Shown: positions 52,210-64,000 of the stretch, piece after piece
Position numbering within the stretch: position 1 is the first letter of the stretch
Layout: the number at the start of each line of letters is the position of its first letter
Source: the human T2T-CHM13v2.0 reference genome, Homo sapiens
Strand: one strand, 5' to 3'
DNA: 64,000 nt
Assembly (NCBI RefSeq): GCF_009914755.1
Contig: NC_060936.1
The notes under the pieces: generated by a model
Seen by the model: the letters and a program-made list of their open reading frames with translations, nothing else
What the model was told of the DNA's origin: nothing
The model's database searches: none
Program-made: the position numbers and the translations under genes

Positions 52210-52712
52210 TGTAGCCATAAAAAAGAATAAAATCCTGTCATTCACAGCAACATGGATGAGCCTGGAGAATATTATGTTAAGTGAAATAAGTCAGGCACAG
52301 AAAGATAAATACCACATGTTCTCACATATGTGTGAGCTAAAAAAGTTGGACCCATAGAAGTAGAGAGTAACATTATGGTTATGAGAGGCTGGGCAGGGGA
52401 GCAGGGAGAGGAGGATAGGGAGAGGTTGGTGATTGACTGCGAAATTACAGCTATATAGGAGGAAGAAGTTCTAGTATTCTTTAGTAGGGTGATGATAGTT
52501 AACAATAATTGATTATATATTTTCAAATACTGGAAGAGAGGATTTTTTAATGTTCCCAACACAAATAAATGGCAAATGTTTAAGGTGATAGATATGCTAA
52601 TTACCCTATCATTATATACTATATTTCATGTATCAAAATATCACTCTGTACCCCTAAATATGTACAATTATGACATGCAATTAAAAATAAAAATAAATTT
52701 AAAAGCCAAAAA
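52210..52712 (+). mobile_element. L1MA 3' end fragment
   Basis: atcctgtcattcacagcaacatggatgagcctgga ... 3' UTR and poly-A. Confidence 0.85.
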
Positions 52713-52730
52713 AAATTTAATGTGGCTTAA

Positions 52731-53138
<408 letters not shown>

Positions 53139-53269
53139 CCTGAACACTTTCATAATCATTTCATATTGCTTTCTTCCACAGGGGGTCTCCAAGGCTGGTC
53201 TCTCTGCCTGGCAGGATCTAACTCCTAGCACTCTTAATCTAGCCATCTAGATATACCTACCACTAGTTA

Positions 53270-53440
53270 ATTTTCAGCATGAATAAGAACCATGTGGAGA
53301 AACTGTCTTAAAAACATACTTCTGGGCCCCATCCCCAGAGTTTCTGATTCAGTCGCCTGAGATTAGGCCATAGAATTTCCATTTCTAACAAATTCCCCTG
53401 TGATTCTGTAGGTCTAAAGAGTATGCTTTAAGAACCATAA
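53270..53440. mobile_element. MER5A-like hAT MITE
   Basis: ctgggccccatccccagagtttctgattcagt ... catttctaacaa ... tttaagaacca. Confidence 0.7.
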
Positions 53441-53925
53441 ACATGTACGATATCTCGAATCTTAGCTTAAAATAATTGCATTTATAAAGACATCCCTGAC
53501 CCCTGAAGTTTAGTGTTTTTCCTGGATGTTCCACATCAGTCTATATTTTCCTTATCACAGCACTCATATACCACATTATAATTTTATGTAATTGTCTGGT
53601 TCCCATAATAAACTGTAAGTTCAGCGGAAATGTAGGCCACATCTATTTTTTCACCATTGTATCCCCAATGCCTAGCAAAGTACTTTGAAAATATAGATGT
53701 TTAGGAATTTTTCTGAGGGCAAGAAGTGGAGGGAGGGAAGAACACAGGATGAAAAACTAGGACAATTTGTGAGTAGTGCAGGATAAGACTGATTCTGCCT
53801 TCAGGAAGCTCAAGGAAGATTCCAAAGATGAAGCTTTTTGAGCTACACGAATGTTAGTTGTCTCTTTTTTTTTTTTTTCATTCTTTTTCTTCTTCTCTCA
53901 AGAATCTAACAAGTATCAGTAGGTC

Positions 53926-53968
53926 GTGTGTGTGTGTGTGTGTGTGTGTCTGTGTGTCTGTGTGTGTT
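53926..53968. repeat. (GT)n microsatellite
   Basis: Seen directly. Confidence 0.9.
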
Positions 53969-54056
53969 TTCAATTGAATAGTGTCAAGGTAGCAATTTTG
54001 TTGCCCTATACTAAATGTGATCTCTAAAGTGGGATTCTAATCTCAACCTGAAATAG

Positions 54057-54430
<374 letters not shown>

Positions 54431-55802
54431 TAACCCAATCTAAAGTAGATAAGTACATTATTAAGCAGGCTTGAGGAACACTGAATATCAATGTGATCTG
54501 ACTGTATCTTCAAGATGGAATGACTGAAATGCCCTTGAATTATAATCTGACTGGCATGATATGTAGATACTGAAAAAAATGGAAACAAAAAAATAATTTG
54601 TAAATATACAGCACAGTTTTGAAGGAAATGAGAAACTGGAAACTGATTCGGCTCTTAAGAAAATATTTCAATGTGGGGCATGAACATTTTATTTTTTCCC
54701 TTCCTTAAAAATATTCCTTGAAATAATCTAATTTTGCTCATTCTCATGCTGTTTTTCAACCAGATTTCTGATTACTAATTTGATTCCCTTACACTTTTCA
54801 CAAAATTTTGGACTTGATTTCAGATAAATCCTTCCTGATATAGCATACTTCAGTTCATTCTGAAAACAAACCAAAGAATATTTTAATTCAGGATTGCGAG
54901 GGGAAAGAAATAGAATTCCCCACAGCCTTAGGGAAAGGCGAGGACAGAAAGTATGAACCCCAGGGGGTTAGCTTTGGAACAGGTATTTGTTCCAGGGAGT
55001 CTGTCAACCAATGCTAGACTAGTGCCTGGACTTTAACCAGCCACTCAAGGTACGAGTGGCAGTGGGGCAGAAGACAGTCTGAAGTCTAAGCAAGCTGAAA
55101 GTTTAAATGAGGGACCCCTGCAAAACTCTAAAACTTCTAAAGAACATCCTCAGTGAAAATTAAAACAACAACAACAACACATTGCACAGAAGGGGAAAGG
55201 ATGTCTAACTAGGTCTTAGTTGTAGATAGAGTGAAAAAAGTAAATCCCCCTAAGAATGCCTAACCACAATTCTACACTCACATGGTAAGTTTAAGGCAAA
55301 ATTGTACAATCTCTATGAACTCCAGATCCTCATCCAAAATGTAGAATAAAGTGGTCCTGGGTTTCTAGTAATACAGGCAGATATAAATGCTTAGAAAAAA
55401 GCAGATATAAATCCCCTCTGTAAAAGTACACTTTCAACTCAGGCCTCCAAATATTCCAGCAGATGAAGCTCTAAGAAATACAAATTCAAAATTATAAATT
55501 ACTGAATGTGAAAGGAAGCATCCCACCATGAACAAGGATTAGTAAATAAAAATACAAAAGAATAAAACTCACAAAAATTTCACATATTGAAATGGTCAGG
55601 TATAGAATATAATACATATGTGATAAATAAGATGAAAGAACTAGAACAAAAGAATAATTATCAAAATTGACCAGATGTGAAAATGAATCAAATAGCATTC
55701 TAGAAATAGAAAATATAATATTTAAAATCAATGGCTTAATAACATATAAATAGCTATTGAAGGGGTATTAAACTGGATGATAGATTTTTTTAAGTACATA
55801 AT

Positions 55803-56189
55803 TGATAGGGTTTGGCTATGTCCCCATCCAAATCTCATCTTGAATTTTAGTTCCCATAATCTTCATGTGTCATGGGAGAGACCGGCTGGGAGGTAATTTA
55901 CTCATGGGGGCAATTACCCTCATGCTGTTCTCATGATAGTGAGTTCTCACAAGATCTAATGGTTTTATAAGGAGCTTTTCCTCCTTTGGCTCGGCACTTC
56001 CTCTTGCCTGCCACCATGTAAGATGTGACTTTGCTCCTCCTTCACCTTCCACCATGATTGTGAAGCCTCCCCAGCCATGTGAAACTATAAGTCAATTAAA
56101 CCTCTTTCCTTTATAAATTACAACCTCAGGTATGTCTTTATTAGGAGACATACTAATAGGAGACTTAATTAGGAGAACAGACTAATACA
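55803..56189. mobile_element. THE1-type MaLR solo LTR, 5-bp TSD ATAAT
   Basis: Starts tgatagggtttggctatgtccccatccaaatctcatcttgaa and ends agactaataca; TG...CA termini. Confidence 0.9.
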
Positions 56190-58425
56190 ATAATGCAATA
56201 AAAAGAATAAGAGATGAAGGACAGAGCAAAATTGCAGAATATAAGCCTACATCATTTGTCTTCCCCACTGGAACACCGAATATTAACAACTATCTGCACA
56301 CAGAAGAGCATTGTCACAAGAACCAAAAATCAAGTGAACAATCACAGTATCTGGTTTTAACTTCCTACTGCTGAAATAGACACTGAGGAGGGTGGAAGAG
56401 AAAGTCTTGAATCACGGGCGCTGCCCCTCTCCCATTCCATGGCAGTGGCCATGCTGTGCAGATAGAAAATCTGTGCATTTTAGGAAGGGAGAAAGCAGTG
56501 ACTGAGGAACTTTACATTGAACTCAGTGCTGCTTTGCCAGAGTGGACAATAAAGCTGTGTGGGGTTCCGCCAGTGCCCACACATTGAGGGGACATTTGCA
56601 CCAGCCCAGCCAGAAGGGAATCACCCATGGAATGTGAGTCTCTCAACAAGCCTCACCACTGCACTGCAGGCTGAAGTGCTCTGGGATCCTCAGTAAACTT
56701 GAAAGGCAGTCTAGGACACAAGGACTGCAATTCCTAGGCAAATCCTAGTGCTAGGCTAGGCTTAGAGCCAGTAGACAAGATTGGCGCATGACCTAGGGAG
56801 ACAGCGGCAGATATGGCTAAGGAAGTGCCTATGCCATTCCTCCACCAACCTCAGGCAGTGCAAGTGCAATTCACAACAACAAAAGTAACTTTTCCCTTCT
56901 ATTTAAGGAGAGGAGAGTGAAGAGTAAAGAGGACTTTGTCTTGCATCTTAGATGTCAGCTCAGCCATAGTAGGACAGGGCACTGGGCAGAGTTGTGAAGC
57001 CCTAAATCCTGGACATTTCTAGATGTACCTTGGGCCAAAAGGGAACCCACTGCCTTGAAGGAAAGAACCCAGTCCTGGCAGGATTCATCACCTGCTGACT
57101 AAAGAGCTCTTGGAGCCTAAATAAGCAGCAGCAATAACTGGGAGTACACCATGGGCCTTGTTGTCTGAGAAATGCTGGCTTCAAGGGTCATCCAGCACAG
57201 TCCCAGCTGTGGTGGCTACGGTGAACAACTTCTTCTGTTTGAAAACAGCAGAGGGAAAAGTAAAGGGGCCTTTGCCTTGCACCTAAGGTACCACTTCGGC
57301 CACAGTAGGAAAAAACAAGCAGGCACACGGGGTCTCTGCGTTCAGGCCTAGGCTCTTGGACAACATTTCTGAATCTGTCCTGGACCAGAGGGGAGCCTAC
57401 TGCCCTATAGGGTGAGTCTGAGGCCTGGCAGGACTCACCATAAGCTGACAAAAGAGCCCTTGGGCTTTAAGTAAACATTGGCAGTGACCTAGAAGAACCC
57501 TCGTGGACCAGAAGTGGTGGTGGCCACAGGGAGAGTCTCCTCTGCCTGTGGAAAAGGGAAGAAAGAGTAAGAAGGACTTTGTAATGAAGTGTGAGTGCCA
57601 ACTTAGCTGCAGTAAATTAGAACATCAGGTAAACTGCTAAGGTTTTTGACTCTAATCCTTGGCTTCCAGACAGCTACTCTGGACATGCCCAGGGTCTGGG
57701 GGAACTCACTGCCCTGAAGATTAGGATACAGTGCTGAGCTGGCTTCAGGTCTGACCCAACACAATCCCAGTGGTGGTTTCCAAAGGGGTGTTTGCATCTC
57801 CACACCCCCAGGTACAGGTGGCTCAGCACAGAAAGACAGACTCTGTTTCTTTGAGAGAAAGGAGAAAGAAGAGTCTCTGCCTAGTAATACATAGAATTCT
57901 TCCACATCTTATCCAAGACCACCAAGGCAATACCTCTATGAGTCTGCAAAAACCACAGTGTTAGTGGGTTTGGGGCCCAAGTCCCTTCAAATGCCTGGAA
58001 AGTCTTCCTAAGAAGGACAGATACAAACAGGTCCAGACTGTGAAGACTACAGTCAATATCTAACTCTTCAATGCCCAAACATCAAGACCATCCAAGAAAA
58101 CATGACCTCACCGAATGAATTACATAAGGCACCAGGGACAAGTCCTGGAAAAAAAATAGATATATGATCTTTCAGACAGAGAATTCAAAATAGCTGTTTT
58201 GAGGAAACTCAAAGAAATTCAAGATAACACAGAGAAGGAATTCAGAATTCTATCAGATAAATTTAACAAAGAGATTGAAATAATTAAAAAGAATCAAGCA
58301 AAAGTTCTAGAGTTGAAAATTGCAATTGATGTAATGAAGAATGCATTAGAGTCTCTTAAGAGCAGAATTAGTCAAGAAGAAAAAATTAACGAGCTTGAAG
58401 ACAGGTATTCGAAGACACACTGAGA

Positions 58426-58467
58426 GTCTACAGCCATACCGCCCCAAACGCACCCAATCTCATCTGA
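58426..58467 (+). pseudogene. 3'-truncated 5S rRNA retrocopy (5S nt 1-42) with 15-bp TSD, inserted in L1 ORF1
   Basis: GTCTACAGCCATACCGCCCCAAACGCACCCAATCTCATCTGA matches the 5' end of 5S rRNA at 35/42 positions; flanked by GAAGACACACTGAGA / GAAAACACACTGAGA. Confidence 0.88.
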
Positions 58468-61400
58468 AAACACACTGAGAAGACAAAATAAAAAAAGAAT
58501 AAAAAGCAATGAAACCTGCTTTCAAGATCTAGACAACAGTCTCAAGAGGGCAAATCTAAAAGTTACTGGCCTTAAAGAGGAGGTTGAGAAATAGTTAGGG
58601 GTAGAAGGTTTATTCAAAGTGATAATATTGGAGAACTTCCCAAACCCAGAGAAAGATATTAACATTCAAAGACAGGAAGGTTATAGAGCACCAAGCAGAT
58701 GTAACCCAAAGAAGGCTACTTCAAGGCATTTAAGAATCAAACTCCCAAAGGTCAAAGATAAATAAATAATCCTAAAAGCAGTAAGAGAAAATAAACAAAT
58801 AACATACAATGGAGCTCCAATATATCTGGCAGCAGACTTTTCAATGGAAATCTTACAGGTCAGGAGAGAGTGGCATGACATATTTAAAGTGCTGAAGGAA
58901 GAAAACTTTTACCCTAAAATGGTATATCTGGCAAAAATATCCTTCAAGCATGAAAGAGAAATAAAGACCTTCCCATACGAGCAAAATCTGAGGGATTTCA
59001 TCAACACCAGGCCTGTCTTGCAAGAAATGCTAAAGGGAGTTCTTCAATCTGAAAGAAAAGGAAATTAATAAGCAATAAGAAATCATTTGAAGGTGCAAAA
59101 CTCACTGGTAATAGCCCACAGAAAATCCAGAATAACCCTGTAATTACGGTGTGAAAACTACTTTTATCTTAAGTAGAAACACTAAACAATGAACCAAAAA
59201 ATAATGACTACAATGAATTTTCAAGACACAGAGAATGAAATAAGACATAAAGAGAAACAACAAAAAGTTAAAAAGTTAGGTGGCAAAGTTAAACTGTATA
59301 GTTTTTATTAGTTTTCTTTTTGTGTGTTTGTTTGTTTATGCAATCAGTGTCATCATCAGTTTAAAGTAATGGGTTATAAGGTAGTATTTGCAAGCCTCAT
59401 GGTAGCTTCAAATAAAAAAACATACAATGGGTACGCAAAAAAATTAAAAAGCATGAAATTAAAGCCTACTGCCAGAGAAAATCACCTTCACTAAAAGGAA
59501 GACAGGAAGAAAGGAAAAAAGGAAGAGCAGACCGCCAAAAAAAGAGAGCGAGAGAAAAAAATAACAAAATGACAGGAGTAAGTCCTTACTTATCAACAAT
59601 AACATTAAATGTATATGGAGTAAACTCTCCAATCAAAAGACATAGAGTGGCTGAATAGATAAAAAACAAAACCCAATGATCTGATGCCTACAGGAAGCAC
59701 ATGTTACCTATAACGATACACACAGATTAAAAATAAGTGGATGAAAAAAGTATTCCATGTCAACAGAAACCAAAAAACCACAAGAGTAGCTATACTTATA
59801 TTAGGCAAAATAGGTTTTAAGATAAAAATTGTAGGAAAAGACAAAGAAGGTCATTATATAATGACAAAGGGGTCAATTCAGCAAGAGGATATTACAATTG
59901 TAAATATATATGCACCAAACACTGGAGTACCCAGATATATAAAGCAAATATTATTAGTGCTAAAGGGAAAGATAGACCTAAATACAATAATAGCTGGAGA
60001 CTTCAACTCCCCACTTTCAGCATTGGATAGATCTTCCAGTCAGAAAATCAACAGATAAACATTGGTCTTAATCTGCACTTTAGAAAAAATGGAACATTTT
60101 ATCTGATGGCTGCAAAATACATATTCTTCTCCTCAGCACATGGATCATTCTCAAGGACAGACCACATGTTAGGTCACAAAACAAATTTTTAAACATTTTT
60201 TAAAAATGAAAAAATATCAAGCATCATCCCTGACCACAATGGAATAAAACTAGAAATCAATAACAAGAGAAATTTCGGAAACTATGCAAACAGACAAAAA
60301 TTAAACAATATGCTCCTGAATAAGTGGGTCAATGAAGAAATCAGAAAGAAAATTTAAAAATTCCTTGAAATAAGTTCATGGAAACACAGCATACCAAAAC
60401 CTATGGGACACAGCAAAAGCAGTACTAAGAAGAAACTTTATAGCCATCAGTGCCTACATCAAAAAGGAAGAAAAACTTAAAATAAATTTTGCAAGCTGAA
60501 TGCAAAATTAAGAGAAGAAAAGAAATAATAAGGATCAGAGCAGACATAAATGAATTTGAAATGATTAAAAAAAGACAACAGATCAACAAAACAAGAAGTT
60601 GTTTTGAAAAGAAAAACACAATTGACAAACCTTTAGCCAGACTAACACAAGAGAGAAGACCCAAATAAATGAAATCAGAAATGAAAAAGGAGACATTACA
60701 ACTAATATCACAGAAATTCAAAGGATCATGAGTGGCTGATATGAACAACTACATACCAATAAATGGAAAAATCTAGAAGAAATGGATAAATTCCTACATA
60801 CATACAATCTACTAAAATTGAACCATTAACAATTCCAAAGCCCAAACAGACGAATAACAAGTAACAAGATCGAAGCCATAATAAAAAGTCTCCCAGTAAA
60901 GAAAAGTGCAGGACCGATGACTTTGCTGATGAATTCTACCAAACATTTAAAAAACTAATACCAATCCTATTCAAACTGTTCTGAAAAATAGGGGAAGATG
61001 GAATACTTACAAACCCATTCTACAAGGCCAGTATTAATCTGATACTATACCCCAAGACACACCAAAAAAAGAAAACTATAGGCCAATATCTCTGATTACT
61101 ATTGATGTAAAAATCCTCAACAAAACTCCAACAAACCAAATTCAACAACAAATTAGGATTTATCCCTGTGATGCAAGGATGGTTCAACATATGCAAATCA
61201 ATCAATGTGATACCCTGTATCAACAGAATGAAGGACAAAAAACATTATCATTTTGACTAATGCTGAAAACATATTTGATGCAGTCCAACATCCCTTCCTG
61301 TTTTAAAAAAAAATAGTCAAAACACCTCAATGTAATAAAATCCATATATGACAGACTCACGACTAGTATCATACTGAATGGGGGAAAACTGAAAGCCTTT

Positions 61401-63090
61401 CCTCTAAGACCTGGAATACAACAAGAACACCCACTTTCACCACTGTTACTCAAAATAGAACTGGAAGTCCTAGCTAGAGCAATTAAACAAGAGAAAGACA
61501 TAAAGGGCATCCAAATTGGAAAGGAAGAAGTCAAATTATCCTTGTTTGCAGATAATACAATCTTATATTTGGAAAAATCTAAAGACTCCACTGAAAAACT
61601 ATTAGAACTGATAAACAAATGTAGCAACGTTGCAGGATACAAAATCAACATACAAAAATCAGCAGCATTTCTATATGCCAACAGTAAACAATGTGAAAAA
61701 GAAAATTTTAAAAATCCCATTTACAGTAGCCACACATAAAACTAAATACCTAGGAATTAACCAAATAAATGAAAAATCTCTACAATGAAAACTGTAAAAT
61801 ACTGATGAAAGAAATTGAAGATGACATCAAAAATGGAAAGATATTCCATGCTCATGAATTGGAAGAATCAATATTGTTAAAATGTCCATACTAACCAAAG
61901 CAATCTACAGATTCAATGCAATACCTATCAACATACCAATGACATTTTTCACAGAAATGGAAAACCAATCCCAAAATTTATACAGAATCACCAAATACCC
62001 AGAATAGCCAAAGCAAACCTGAGCAAAAAGAATAAAACTGAAGGAATAACATTACCTGACTTCAAATTATACTACAAATCAGAATGGTACTGGCATAAAA
62101 TCAGACACATAGACCAATGGAACAAAATAGAAAACCTAGAAACAAATCTACACACCTACAGTGAACTCATTTTCGACAAAAGAGCCAAGAACATACACTG
62201 GTGAAAAGACAGTCTTCAATAAATGGTGCTGGTAAAACTAAATATCCATATGCAGAACAATGAAACTAGACTCCTATCTCTCACAATATACAAAAATCAA
62301 ATCAAAATGGATTAAACATTTGAATCTAAGGCTTCAAACTCTGAAACTGCTACCAAAAAACTTTGAGAAAAATCTCCAGGATATTGGTCTCGGCAAAGAT
62401 TTCTTGAGTAATACCCCACAAGTACAAACAACCAAAGCAAAAATGGACAAATGGGATCATATCAAGTTAAAAAGCTTCTGCACAGCAAAAGAAACAATCA
62501 ACAAAGTGAAGAGACAACCCACGGAATAGGAGAAAATATTTGCAAACTACTCATCTGACAAGAGATTAATAACCAGAATATATAAGGAACAAAAAAACTT
62601 TACAGGAAAACATCTAATAATACAATTAAAATATTGGCAAAACATTTGAATAGACATTTCTCAAAAGAAGACACATAAATGGCAAACAGGTATATGAAAA
62701 GGTGTTCAGCATCATTGATCATCGGAGAAATGCAAATCAAAACTGCAAAGAAATGTCACCTCACCCCAGTTAAAATGGCTTTTATCCAAATGTTAAGCAA
62801 TAACAAATGCTGGTGAGGATGTGAAAACAAGGGAATCCTATATACTGTAGGTGGGAATGTGAATTAGTACAACCACTATGAAGAACAGTTTGGAGGTTCC
62901 TCAAGAAACTAAAAATAGAGCTACCAAATGATCCAGCAATCCCACTGCTGGATATCTACCCCAAAGAAAGGAAATCAGTATTTTGAAGAGATATTTACAA
63001 TCTCATGTTTGTTGTGGCACTGTTCACAATAGCCAAGATTTGGAAGCAACCTAAGTGTCCATCAACAGATGAAAGGATAAAGAAAATGTG

Positions 63091-63091
<1 letters not shown>

Positions 63092-63133
<42 letters not shown>
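63092..63133. repeat. (CA)n microsatellite inside the L1 3' region
   Basis: Seen directly. Confidence 0.95.
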
Positions 63134-63134
<1 letters not shown>

Positions 63135-64000
63135 TTTCTTGGAGTACTATACAGCCACAAAAAAGAATAAGATTCTGTCATTTGCAACAACATGGATGGA
63201 ACTGGAGATCATTATATTAAGTGAAATAAGCCAGGCTCAGAAAGACAGACATCACATGTTCTCAGTTATTTGTGAGATCTAAAAATCAAAACAATTGAAC
63301 TCACAGAGATAAAGAAGGGTGGTTACCAGAGGCTGGGAAGGGTAGTGGGGGCACAGGGGTTAGAGGGAGGTGGGGATGGTTAAAGCGTACAAAAAATAGA
63401 AAGAATGAATAAGACCTAGTATTTGATAGCACAACAGGGGCACTATAATCAATAATAATTCAATTGTACATTTAAAAATAAATAATTGTAACACAAAAGA
63501 TAAATGCTTGAGGGGATGGATACTCAATTTTCCATGATGTGATTATTGTACATTGCATACATGTACCAAAATATCTCATGAACCCATAAATATATATACC
63601 TACTATGTATCCACAAAAATTTTACATTTAAAATTTTTTAAATGACTACAGAAACAAATAAGCAAAGAAGGTAAAAAAGAAATAAGAGATGGAAAATATG
63701 AAAGATAGAATAAAATAAGAGGATTCAACATATGTCTAATCAATTTTAGAGGAAGAAGATAGAGGTAAATAATAGTCAGTGGCTAAGAACTTTACATAAT
63801 TGATAAGACACTAAGTTCCAGGACCAGCAAGCAAGATAAATGAAAAGAATACATCCTGGACATATCACAGTAAAACTACAAAACTACTAAGATAATAACT
63901 TTAAGACACTCTGAGGGAAAAAATTGCCTAAAAAGAAATAATAATTAGATCAATAGCGGACTTCACAACAAAAATAAATAATAAAGTCAGAAGAAAGTAT

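Larger units (their letters stand above)
56215..63640 (+). mobile_element. Near-full-length (~7.4 kb) decayed L1MA1/L1MA2-like LINE-1 (5' UTR, ORF1, ORF2, 3' UTR)
   Basis: ORF1 peptides (RREWHDIFKVLKE, RPVLQEMLKGVL), EN (VNIYAPNTG, IAGDFNSPLS), RT ([10 protein letters not shown]) and L1MA-type 3' UTR; many stops and frameshifts. Confidence 0.93.

Noticed and set aside
57000-57730. Three related repeats in GC-richer sequence resembling a regulatory array
   Set aside because: They lie within the L1MA 5' UTR and are most simply its internal repeats.

Overview
Primate, most likely human, genomic DNA from inside the ANKS1B (EB-1/AIDA-1) gene, which runs on the minus strand. Four clean coding exons (76, 102, 114 and 167 nt; exons 5-8 by my recollection of the gene) lie at 41.6-50.8 kb. 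The rest is intron rich in L1, Alu, MaLR LTR, L2, MIR and DNA-transposon fossils. Nearly all ORFs in the supplied track are Alu- or L1-derived or chance. The main unexpected signal is in the non-repetitive islands of the large intron downstream of exon 8 (about 7.3-39.9 kb). There a chain of 12 or more minus-strand segments has AG/GT splice boundaries, long nearly open frames, frame-concordant junctions and recurring TPR-like helix motifs, all broken by stops and frameshifts. This looks like an unannotated, dead multi-exon TPR-protein gene nested in ANKS1B; I cannot name it and homology was not tested. Other points: exons 5-8 sum to 459 nt with phase 0 at both ends, so the circle known as circANKS1B would be a stop-free reading frame; a 42-nt 5S rRNA retrocopy with a TSD sits inside an L1; several L1s are rearranged; there is a closely spaced inverted AluY pair and an old ~190-bp local duplication. 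Repeat subfamily names and boundaries were assigned by eye and are approximate.
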